Assembly: GCA_035510635.1 (NCBI GenBank)
Contig: DATKGU010000010.1
Location: 2,149 to 66,148 of the forward strand
Direction of reading: 5' to 3'
Length of the DNA stretch: 64,000 bases
Source of the DNA: Minisyncoccota bacterium
GTDB taxonomy: Bacteria; Patescibacteriota; Minisyncoccia; Phycocordibacterales; SBAW01
Part shown: positions 56,724 to 64,000 of the stretch, piece by piece
How positions within the stretch are numbered: the stretch's first letter is position 1
Layout: each line of letters opens with the position of its first letter
Position numbers and translations under genes: made by a program
The notes under the pieces: model-generated
Database searches by the model: none
What the model was told of the DNA's origin: nothing
Seen by the model: the letters and a program-made list of their open reading frames with translations, nothing else

Positions 56724-57392
56724 ATGCCAAACAGCACACCAGTAAAAGCGCAGGCCACACAGGAGTTTGTACCTATTAAAGAGGTGCGCGATGGTATCGT
56801 CATACTCAAAGACGGCTCTTTGCGCGCCATACTCATGGCCTCGTCTATCAACCTCGCGCTCAAAGGCGCCGACGAGCAGCAGGCGATTATCGGTCAGTTT
56901 CAAAGCTTTTTAAACTCGCTTGAGTTTACGGTGCAATTTTTTATCCAAAGCCGCGACTTGGACATCCGGCCATATATTGCTCTCCTCGAAGACCGCTACG
57001 CGCAAGAGCTCGACGACCTCATGAAGATACAAATACGCGAATACATGGCGTTTATCAAAGACTTTACCTCGCGCGCCAACATCATGACCAAAAACTTTTT
57101 TATCGTCGTGCCTTACGACCCGGCGCTCATGGTGCGCGGCGGAGGCGTTGGCGGCGCGATTGGCTCGCTGTTTCCATCCAGCTCCGGAGGTTCGGCCGCA
57201 CTCACCAACGAGCAGTTTGAGCAATATCGCACCCAGCTTGAGCAGCGCGTCTCGGTTATCGAGCAAGGCCTTGTGCGCACCGGCGTGCGCATTGTAAACC
57301 TCGGCACCGAGGAGGTGATAGAGTTATTCTACAAGCTCTTTAATCCGGGCGAGCTCGAAAAGCCTTTGCAGGTAACGCAGATTGCTAAATAA
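56724..57392 (+). CDS. VirB4-N-terminal-domain-like protein (separately encoded module upstream of the VirB4 ATPase)
   Basis: 222 aa; FVPIKEVRDGIVILKDGSLRAILMASSINLALKGADEQQAIIGQFQSFLNSL resembles the first conserved block of Gram-positive VirB4/PrgJ/TcpF; stop TAA 4 nt before the next ATG in another frame. Confidence 0.5.
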   Translation: MPNSTPVKAQATQEFVPIKEVRDGIVILKDGSLRAILMASSINLALKGADEQQAIIGQFQSFLNSLEFTVQFFIQSRDLDIRPYIALLEDRYAQELDDLMKIQIREYMAFIKDFTSRANIMTKNFFIVVPYDPALMVRGGGVGGAIGSLFPSSSGGSAALTNEQFEQYRTQLEQRVSVIEQGLVRTGVRIVNLGTEEVIELFYKLFNPGELEKPLQVTQIAK

Positions 57393-57396
57393 CACT

Positions 57397-59244
57397 ATGG
57401 CACTTCTCGACTTTTTAAAATCTTCCAGGCCAACATCCGCCGCGACGCCGGTGGCGCCCATTTTGCCCGAGCAAATATACAAAGAGGGCGTGCTCGAGCT
57501 CCAAGATGTCATTGCGCCTTCGGCGCTTAAGATAACGCCGCGCGAAATAAACCTGGGCGACAAAATTGCGCGCACCTTTTTTGTCATGTCATATCCGCGT
57601 ATCCTTACCGACAGCTGGTTTGCACCGGTTATCAACCTTGACCGCGTGCTCGACATCTCAATTTTTATCCATCCGCTCGACTCGGCCGACATTTTAAAGA
57701 AATTCCAAAAAAAGGTGGCCGAGGTGCAAAGCCAAATTATGGTGCGGGAAGAAAAGGGCATGGTGCGCGACCCAGTGCTCGACACTGCCTACCAAGACTT
57801 GGAGAGTTTGCGCGACCAACTCCAACAGGCGCAAGAAAAACTTTTTGACGTCGGCGTGTACATCACCATCTACGACAAAACTGCCGAGGATTTGGACAAA
57901 GCCGAGAGCGAAATTAAGTCGATGCTCGAGAGCCGGCTGGTGTATGTAAAACCGGCGCTTTTCCAACAAGAGCAGGGGTTCAAAAGCGTGCTGCCAATCG
58001 GCCGCGACGAACTCAACGTCAACTCAAAGCTCAACTCTTCGCCGCTTTCCTCAATCTTCCCGTTCGTTTCCTTCGACCTCACCAGCGACAAAGGCATTTT
58101 GTATGGCGTAAACAGACATAATGCCAGTTTGGTCTTATTTGATCGATTTTCTCTCGAGAATTACAACTCGGTTATTTTTGCCAAGTCGGGCTCGGGCAAA
58201 AGCTACGCTACCAAGCTTGAGATTTTGCGTACGCTCATGTTTGATACCGAGGTTATCGTTATCGACCCGGAGCGCGAGTACGAGTTTTTGGCGCAAGCCG
58301 TGGGCGGACGCTACTTTAACATCTCGCTCAACTCCGAGCACCACATAAACCCGTTTGATTTGGCGCCGCCCCGCGAGGATGAGAGCGCAGCCGACATTTT
58401 GCGCAGCAACATTGTGGCGCTCGTGGGCCTGTTTCGCATCATGCTCGGAGGCTTAAGCCCGGAGGAGGACGCCATTATCGACCGTGCGATTACCGAAACC
58501 TACGCGCTCAAAGACATTACGGTGGACAGTAATTTTGCCGAGATAGAGCCGCCGCTCCTCTCTGACTTTGAGCTTGTGTTGGCCGGCATGGAGGGAAGCG
58601 AGAGTTTGGTGCAACGCCTCTCCAAATATACCAAGGGCACGTGGAGCGGGTTTATCAACCAGCCCACCAACGTCGATATCAACAAAAAGTTTGTGGTCTT
58701 CTCGGTACGCGACATGGAGGACGACCTCAAGCCCGTGGCCATGTACATCATTACGCACTTTATATGGAACACGGTGCGCAAAAATCTCAAAAAGCGCCTG
58801 CTGGTTATCGACGAAGCGTGGTGGATGATGAAAAGCGATGACACGGCAAGCTTCTTGTACAGCATGGCAAAGCGCGGCCGCAAATATTATCTCGGCCTCG
58901 CAACGATTACCCAAGACGTCGATGACTTTTTAAAGTCGCCGTACGGCTTGCCGATGATTACCAACTCGTCGATACAAATCTTGCTCAAACAATCGCCGAC
59001 CACTATCGATAATTTGCAAAAAACATTCAACCTCTCCGACGAAGAAAAGTTTTTGCTCCTCGAGAGCGATGTGGGGGAGGGGATATTTTTTGCAGGCTTG
59101 AAGCACGTGGCCATTAAAGTGATAGCCTCGTATACCGAAGACCAGATTATTACCTCCGACCCATCACAGGTGCTCGCACTCCGCAAACAGCGCGCCGACG
59201 TTGCCGACGCGCAAGCGGGCACCCCGCAAGGCGCGGTACAATAA
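57397..59244 (+). CDS. VirB4/TrbE/PrgJ-family T4SS ATPase
   Basis: Start at MALLDFLKS (ORF-track start at 57382); ...ITPREINLGDKIARTFFVMSYPRILTDSWFAPVIN...; Walker A IFAKSGSGKSY; Walker B ...LLVIDEAWWMM. Confidence 0.8.
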   Translation: MALLDFLKSSRPTSAATPVAPILPEQIYKEGVLELQDVIAPSALKITPREINLGDKIARTFFVMSYPRILTDSWFAPVINLDRVLDISIFIHPLDSADILKKFQKKVAEVQSQIMVREEKGMVRDPVLDTAYQDLESLRDQLQQAQEKLFDVGVYITIYDKTAEDLDKAESEIKSMLESRLVYVKPALFQQEQGFKSVLPIGRDELNVNSKLNSSPLSSIFPFVSFDLTSDKGILYGVNRHNASLVLFDRFSLENYNSVIFAKSGSGKSYATKLEILRTLMFDTEVIVIDPEREYEFLAQAVGGRYFNISLNSEHHINPFDLAPPREDESAADILRSNIVALVGLFRIMLGGLSPEEDAIIDRAITETYALKDITVDSNFAEIEPPLLSDFELVLAGMEGSESLVQRLSKYTKGTWSGFINQPTNVDINKKFVVFSVRDMEDDLKPVAMYIITHFIWNTVRKNLKKRLLVIDEAWWMMKSDDTASFLYSMAKRGRKYYLGLATITQDVDDFLKSPYGLPMITNSSIQILLKQSPTTIDNLQKTFNLSDEEKFLLLESDVGEGIFFAGLKHVAIKVIASYTEDQIITSDPSQVLALRKQRADVADAQAGTPQGAVQ

Positions 59245-59248
59245 CACT

Positions 59249-59710
59249 ATGAAGCCCTTGTATATTTTTCCACTTCTGTATGCTCTTTTTATCACTGGCA
59301 TTACCGATGGAGTATCGGCAGCGCTTGTGTTTATCCCGGGTGTTGGAATTGCGCTTGCGCTTGTTTTTACCTGCAGCATCAATATCACCATGGGCAGCGG
59401 GCTCATATTACTTCTCGTAAAGAACGGCATGTATCACCCCACGTGGGGGCCAGCGGGAACTATTGCTGCCTTTATCCCCGGCCTCGACTTCTTGCCATTT
59501 TGGTTGGGAATTGTTATCACCGGGATTGTTCAGGATATGAAAAAAGAAGGCGGTGTACTTGGCACTGTGGCGAGCGTTGCAACGTTGGCAAGCTCGCCAT
59601 CAATTAAAAATGCCACATCAACTATGGGGAAAATAAATACCATGCAACACGACATCATGCCGCGCCCGGCAAACAACAACCAACCATCTTATGTACAACA
59701 AGCCGCTTAA
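59249..59710 (+). CDS. hypothetical small polytopic membrane protein (T4SS-cluster-associated)
   Basis: Start at the internal MKPLYIFPLL; 3-4 TM helices. Confidence 0.5.
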   Translation: MKPLYIFPLLYALFITGITDGVSAALVFIPGVGIALALVFTCSINITMGSGLILLLVKNGMYHPTWGPAGTIAAFIPGLDFLPFWLGIVITGIVQDMKKEGGVLGTVASVATLASSPSIKNATSTMGKINTMQHDIMPRPANNNQPSYVQQAA

Positions 59711-60719
59711 TTACATTTTTTTGTTTTGCACCGCACTTCTTTTGGCGGGAGTGGCTCATGCGCAATCAAGCGTGGTGCCTGCGCCTATACAATATGTTGT
59801 CTCGCCCGAGACACCGGGGCCCAACACGCAAGTAACCATCGAGGTGCAAGGTGTGGGCACCTTTATCGGCAACTCCACTATCACCTGGAGCCAAAACGGC
59901 ACCGTGGTGTCGCAAGGAGTTGGCCAGCACGACTTTACATTTACCACCGGCGCAATAGGTACCGAGACGCAGATAAAAGTAACGGTTAATTCCTCAACAC
60001 AAGGCACGCTCACCAACAGTTGGACGTTTATCCCTTCGGCAGTCAACTTGGTGTGGGAGGCGGACACCACGGTGCCGCCGCTCTATAAAGGCAAAGCACT
60101 CTACAGCGGCGGTTCGGATGTTAAAGTGGTGGCGTTCCCAAGCCTCGCGATCAACGGCAGCAGCTTGCCGGTAAGCAGCCTCTCGTTTCAATGGACGCTC
60201 GACGGCGACCCTCTGCCCGATCAGTCGGGCCTTGGACAAAATTCTCTCACTTTTACCGGCAGCCAACTCCAAAAAGAGGAGGATGTTTCGGTTGATGTCT
60301 ATTACGGCTCAACAAAAGTGGGCACAGGCTCGGTAGCTATACCTGCAAGCGACCCCGAGCTCGTACTCTACGACAAAGACCCTTTGCGCGGCATTATTTT
60401 TGACTCGGCACTGCCTGCCGGTATCTCACTCGACAGCAACGAGCTCACCGTACAAGCCGTACCATACTTTTTTTCTAACAGCAGTTTGGCCAACGGCGCG
60501 CTTACCTATGCGTGGACTCTCAACGGCAACGATACAAGCGGGCCCAACTCGGCCAGTGGAGAGTTAAGCTTGGTGCAATCGGGCTCGGGGAGCGGCAGCG
60601 CCACACTTGGCGTGACACTGCAAAATAACGACACCGACAAGCTCGTGCAAGCAGCCAACGCGGCGCTTCAAATAATCTTTGGCACACAATCATCAAACAG
60701 CGGCCTCTTTGGACTATGA
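59691..60719 (+). CDS. secreted beta-rich hypothetical protein (T4SS-cluster-associated)
   Basis: 342 aa; signal peptide MYNKPLNYIFLFCTALLLAGVAHA; Thr/Ser/Gly-rich, repetitive beta-strand-like segments. Confidence 0.55.
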   Translation: MYNKPLNYIFLFCTALLLAGVAHAQSSVVPAPIQYVVSPETPGPNTQVTIEVQGVGTFIGNSTITWSQNGTVVSQGVGQHDFTFTTGAIGTETQIKVTVNSSTQGTLTNSWTFIPSAVNLVWEADTTVPPLYKGKALYSGGSDVKVVAFPSLAINGSSLPVSSLSFQWTLDGDPLPDQSGLGQNSLTFTGSQLQKEEDVSVDVYYGSTKVGTGSVAIPASDPELVLYDKDPLRGIIFDSALPAGISLDSNELTVQAVPYFFSNSSLANGALTYAWTLNGNDTSGPNSASGELSLVQSGSGSGSATLGVTLQNNDTDKLVQAANAALQIIFGTQSSNSGLFGL

Positions 60720-61513
60720 AAAAACTTTTTACCTGCACAATACTAAGTCTTGGCATCCTGGCGGGTTTAACGATGCCTTTTATAGCCTTGGCTGCCACGG
60801 TCGCCACATGCACCAACTGCAACCTGTCATACACGCCGCTTGAGCCTATACCGGGCGTAACCACTGGCGCCAATCTCACGAGCCCTGATAGTTTGTCGGT
60901 TATTGTGAACGCGATTTTTACTATCCTCATAAGTGTCGGCGCACTCCTTGCAGTGCTCATGCTCACCATTGGGGGTATCCAATACATGGTTTCGAGCGCC
61001 ATCACCACCAAACAGCAAGGTCTTAAAAGAGCGCAAGCCGCATTGTGGGGGATAGTGCTCATCGCGGCCTCGTGGCTTATATTGCACACCATTAACCCCT
61101 ACCTGACTCAGATAACCTTAAACCCGTGTTTGCCGGGCGATACCACGTGTACGGTTACAGGGACAGCGGCACCGACCGCAGCGACACCTGCCTTAACACA
61201 GGAGCAGATAGCTGCCCAAGCTACACAAACAATCGTAAACGGAGTTAATCCTTCAGACTCTGAGTCACTTCAAAATATAACAGCAGCCGAACAAACACTT
61301 CAGCAACAAAATGCAACCCAGCAAACCGCGTGTATTTACAATCATGGCACTCCACTATCTGGAACGGAGGGGTCACAAAATGATCCACGTATAGCATGCG
61401 GTAGTAATGGGAAATACACGAATTGCACGTCCATTGTTTCACCCCAACCTTCTCAGGCAATAGGCCTAGGCGGTGTTGCTGGTTTAGTATATGAATGTGG
61501 GTACAACAATTAA
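60716..61513 (+). CDS. VirB2/TrbC-like T4SS pilin with an about 150-aa Thr/Gln/Cys-containing C-terminal extension
   Basis: Signal peptide; hydrophobic hairpin VIVNAIFTILISVGALLAVLMLTIGGIQYMVS ... LKRAQAALWGIVLIAASWLILHTINPY typical of TrbC/VirB2 pilins. Confidence 0.55.
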   Translation: MKKLFTCTILSLGILAGLTMPFIALAATVATCTNCNLSYTPLEPIPGVTTGANLTSPDSLSVIVNAIFTILISVGALLAVLMLTIGGIQYMVSSAITTKQQGLKRAQAALWGIVLIAASWLILHTINPYLTQITLNPCLPGDTTCTVTGTAAPTAATPALTQEQIAAQATQTIVNGVNPSDSESLQNITAAEQTLQQQNATQQTACIYNHGTPLSGTEGSQNDPRIACGSNGKYTNCTSIVSPQPSQAIGLGGVAGLVYECGYNN

Positions 61514-61519
61514 ATCTAT

Positions 61520-62767
61520 ATGAGTAAAAAACCCATTATTTATATACTTTCTGGACTGCTTGTAGTTTTAGTTTTGGTTTTTGGTGTGTGGTTTTTGTTT
61601 TTCCGCACCACTTCTACCCCAGTGACCTCTACTGCTACGTTATTTGGAGCATCGGCAAACAACACTACCACGGCCACCCCCAACACGAGCGCGGGCACTA
61701 CGGCTAACGGTACACTTCCTGCCGCACAATCAACAACACAAAAAATATTTGAGATAAACGCAGGCCCTGTTGCAGGCGCCACACTCATACAAACACTGCA
61801 TCCCACGACCACGCTCGCGCGCTATGTAAATCAGGAGGATGGCCACGTGTACGATATGCCGCTTGATGTGTCGGGCGCAGTGCCGCGCGTTGTGTCCGAT
61901 GTAACCATCCCCGGCATTGAGGGGGTGGTGTGGCTTGAGGCTGGAAATGCCGCGATTTTACAATATATCGATACCGACGGTGTAACAGTTAAAAGCGTCT
62001 ACCTCGGATTGCCCGCGGCAACTACGAGCACTCAACTTGCGGCAACGCGCATACAATTTTTGCCCGACAATATTATCAGCTTAGCCGCATCCCCCGATGG
62101 TAAAAGCGTTGCCTACTTGCTAAAAACCCCGAGCGGCTCAAGTGGCTATAGTGCAAATTCGGATGGTACGGGTGCCAAAAAACTTTTCTCGCTCCCGCTT
62201 GCACAAGTACTCATACAATGGCCATCATCTAAAACTATTCTTGTGACAACCAAAAGCGATTTTAATTCGCAAGGAATGCTTTTTGTAATTAATGCAAGCA
62301 CCGGTAGTATTGCCCCTGCACTGTATGCCCAAGGACTCACGGCAGTTGCCGATCCAAGCTTTGCAAATATTATTTATCAAGCAGTCTCTCAGAGTACCAA
62401 CTCAAGCGCAACATATATACACAACATAAAAGCCGGCGGTGATTTGCCACTACCTTTCAACCCATTCCCCGAGCAGTGCATATTTAGCACGGCAACAAGC
62501 ACGAGCATGTACTGCGCGGCGCCTCTCTCTTACGAAGCGCCAGGGTTTCTCGATTTATGGCATCAAGGCACCGCCTCGGCGGTCGACGCAATTTATTCTT
62601 TTAATATCCAAGACGATTCGGCAAGCCTCACGGCTGCACCTGGTTCCGGGAACCAAGGCGGCGTTGCTTCCGACATATTAGAAATGGCGCTTTCGCCCGA
62701 CGAGCACTATCTTTCCTTTACAACCAAAGGCACACGTGAGTTGTGGGGCGTGCGGCTCAGTAATTAG
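61520..62767 (+). CDS. membrane-anchored TolB-like/PD40 beta-propeller-like protein
   Basis: 415 aa; N-terminal TM, Thr-rich linker, repeats of the ...SPDGKSVAYL... / ...ALSPDEHYLSFTT... type. Confidence 0.5.
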   Translation: MSKKPIIYILSGLLVVLVLVFGVWFLFFRTTSTPVTSTATLFGASANNTTTATPNTSAGTTANGTLPAAQSTTQKIFEINAGPVAGATLIQTLHPTTTLARYVNQEDGHVYDMPLDVSGAVPRVVSDVTIPGIEGVVWLEAGNAAILQYIDTDGVTVKSVYLGLPAATTSTQLAATRIQFLPDNIISLAASPDGKSVAYLLKTPSGSSGYSANSDGTGAKKLFSLPLAQVLIQWPSSKTILVTTKSDFNSQGMLFVINASTGSIAPALYAQGLTAVADPSFANIIYQAVSQSTNSSATYIHNIKAGGDLPLPFNPFPEQCIFSTATSTSMYCAAPLSYEAPGFLDLWHQGTASAVDAIYSFNIQDDSASLTAAPGSGNQGGVASDILEMALSPDEHYLSFTTKGTRELWGVRLSN

Positions 62768-62774
62768 CCAGCTG

Positions 62775-63224
62775 CTATTTACTGTATTTTAAAACGATGT
62801 GGCGAAACTTGCCGTCGCCGGCTGATTCTGTTTTTATCTCCGGGTCATCGGCAAAAAGCTCATGTACCACCAAGCGCTCGTATGAGCTCATGGGCGGCAT
62901 CTCTACCTCGTGCTTAAAGAGGCGGGCGCGCTGGGCCAACATGCGTGCCTGCTGGCGCACACCTTCAAGCTGGGCCTCTTGGTAGCCGTTGATATCAATA
63001 AGAAAACTGGAGGAGGCTTCGCCGTGTTTTTGCTCGACTATGCGCCGCGCAAGGAGGGTAAGGGCCCGCAAATGCTCGCCATGCGGACCGATGAGACGCT
63101 CGGGCTCGGCTGTTTTAACCGCCACCACCGTGCGGTGGCCGGTGGTAGTAGTGACACTCTCAAAAGAGGCGCCAAGCGCGGTAAGAAGCTCTGAGACAAA
63201 AGTGGTGAGTGCTTGGGCATCCAT
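62775..63224 (-). CDS. Jag/KhpB-like RNA-binding protein (KH plus R3H domains)
   Basis: 149 aa; ...IGPHGEHLRALTLLARRI... (KH), ...MSSYERLVVHELF... (R3H); directly downstream of yidC. Confidence 0.75.
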   Translation of the reverse strand: MDAQALTTFVSELLTALGASFESVTTTTGHRTVVAVKTAEPERLIGPHGEHLRALTLLARRIVEQKHGEASSSFLIDINGYQEAQLEGVRQQARMLAQRARLFKHEVEMPPMSSYERLVVHELFADDPEIKTESAGDGKFRHIVLKYSK

Positions 63225-63242
63225 GTTGCCCAGCCTACTCCA

Positions 63243-63971
63243 TTACTTCGCTCTCTGCAATTCTCGGCGAATGAGAAACTCTTGTCCGAGCGAAATAACA
63301 TTACTTGTTGCAAAATAAAGTCCCGCGGCGGCCGGGAAGGAGTACACGATAAAGATATACAGCACCGGCATGGCATAGAGCATCATATTTTGCTGCATGG
63401 CTTGAGCCTGAGCTTTTTCGGGCGCCAGCGGTGTGGTGGTAGCGCGTTTGGTGCGCACCAGCGAGAGTTTTACCACGGCATATTGGAGCCCTGCCACAAT
63501 GAGCGCCAACAGGATGTTGTGTGGCGAAAGCAAGTTCATCAGCCCAAAAAAGTTGGTGTTAACCAAGACCGGCACGTGCACAAAAGAGTAGAGGAGGCGC
63601 GTTTCAACATGCGGCAGACCCTCGCGGATGAGCGCATAATAAAGAGCTATAAATATAGGGATTTGGACCAAAATGGCCACAAACCCGGCAAAAGGGCGGA
63701 CCTCTTTTGTTTTAAAGAGCTCCATAGTGTGTTTGGCTTTTTCGTCCGGATTGTCCTTGTATTTTCTGTTGATTTCATCGAGGTCGCCTTGTATTGCAGC
63801 CATAGCCATCTGCGTGCGGATCGAGGCGCTAAACGCCGGATAAAACACCGCGCGCACGACGATAGTCATCGCAATAATGGCCAAACCAACATCGCCCCCC
63901 GGCATGATGCCGATTAAAAATATAAAAGCGTTATAGAGCGGCGCAATGAGTATAGTCTCAAATATATTCAT
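63243..63971 (-). CDS. yidC: membrane protein insertase YidC/Oxa1 (short Gram-positive form)
   Basis: 242 aa; 5 TM helices; ...LIQIPIFIALYYAL... and the N-terminal MNIFETILIAPLYNAF pattern of YidC/SpoIIIJ. Confidence 0.85.
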   Translation of the reverse strand: MNIFETILIAPLYNAFIFLIGIMPGGDVGLAIIAMTIVVRAVFYPAFSASIRTQMAMAAIQGDLDEINRKYKDNPDEKAKHTMELFKTKEVRPFAGFVAILVQIPIFIALYYALIREGLPHVETRLLYSFVHVPVLVNTNFFGLMNLLSPHNILLALIVAGLQYAVVKLSLVRTKRATTTPLAPEKAQAQAMQQNMMLYAMPVLYIFIVYSFPAAAGLYFATSNVISLGQEFLIRRELQRAK

Positions 63972-64000
63972 ATATTATTTTTGCTTGCCCATTTGGGAAA

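Noticed and set aside
1-64000. CRISPR arrays, rRNA genes, tmRNA, SRP RNA and RNase P RNA
   Set aside because: No short direct repeats with regular spacing were seen. There are no 16S or 23S-like conserved stretches such as GTGCCAGCAGCCGCGGTAA. There is no tmRNA 5' GGGGCUGAUUCUGGAUUCGACGGG or 3' tRNA-like end, and no SRP domain IV or RNase P P4 consensus. The cas-like nuclease in the window is only the YraN-family protein, which is not CRISPR-associated.

Overview
This 64-kb window looks like a small-genome, Gram-positive-like bacterium, possibly of the CPR/Patescibacteria type, with roughly 55-60% GC. The lineage call is an inference from gene content only. Most of the window is core housekeeping: rpsJ-tuf-fusA and rpsG-rpsL from the str region, rpmB, an Fe/Mn superoxide dismutase, comEC, rnhA, recJ, pgk-tpiA, a PilB/GspE ATPase, nusA, ppa, tig, clpP, rny, hup, cca, xth, xerC/D, rpsO-pnp, a comM/yifB ATPase, pcrA/uvrD, rsmA and jag-yidC. 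I found four tRNAs on the minus strand between 29.7 and 33.6 kb. One of them is overlapped by an HTH plus LAGLIDADG-like endonuclease gene. No rRNA and no CRISPR array were found.

The accessory content that stands out is:
1. Seven consecutive small minus-strand genes at about 21.1-24.3 kb. Each junction carries a variant of one ~40-bp imperfect-palindrome element, and two pairs of junctions share longer 45-75 bp duplications. The array holds a pair of paralogous ~70-aa proteins. It also holds an unannotated 50-aa basic ORF with an ArfA-like motif whose stop codon sits in the junction hairpin. It ends with a DUF1874-like gene. The array abuts a 260-bp AT-rich segment with about eight TGTCAA/TTGACA motifs and a TrmB-family regulator. 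This is my best candidate for the undescribed system.
2. A roughly 13-kb Gram-positive-style type IV secretion-like cluster at about 49.2-62.8 kb. It has a VirB6-like polytopic protein, a PrgI/VirB3-like protein, a VirB4-like ATPase with a separately encoded N-terminal module, and a VirB2/TrbC-like pilin with a long extension. It also has several large secreted low-complexity proteins and peptidoglycan-binding and TolB-like partners.
3. A 2.4-kb insertion of four genes for secreted or hypothetical proteins, each with its own terminator. It splits the otherwise universal rpsL-rpsG | fusA-tuf arrangement.

All product calls rest on motifs I recognised by eye. Every coordinate was derived by hand from the ORF track and the sequence lines.
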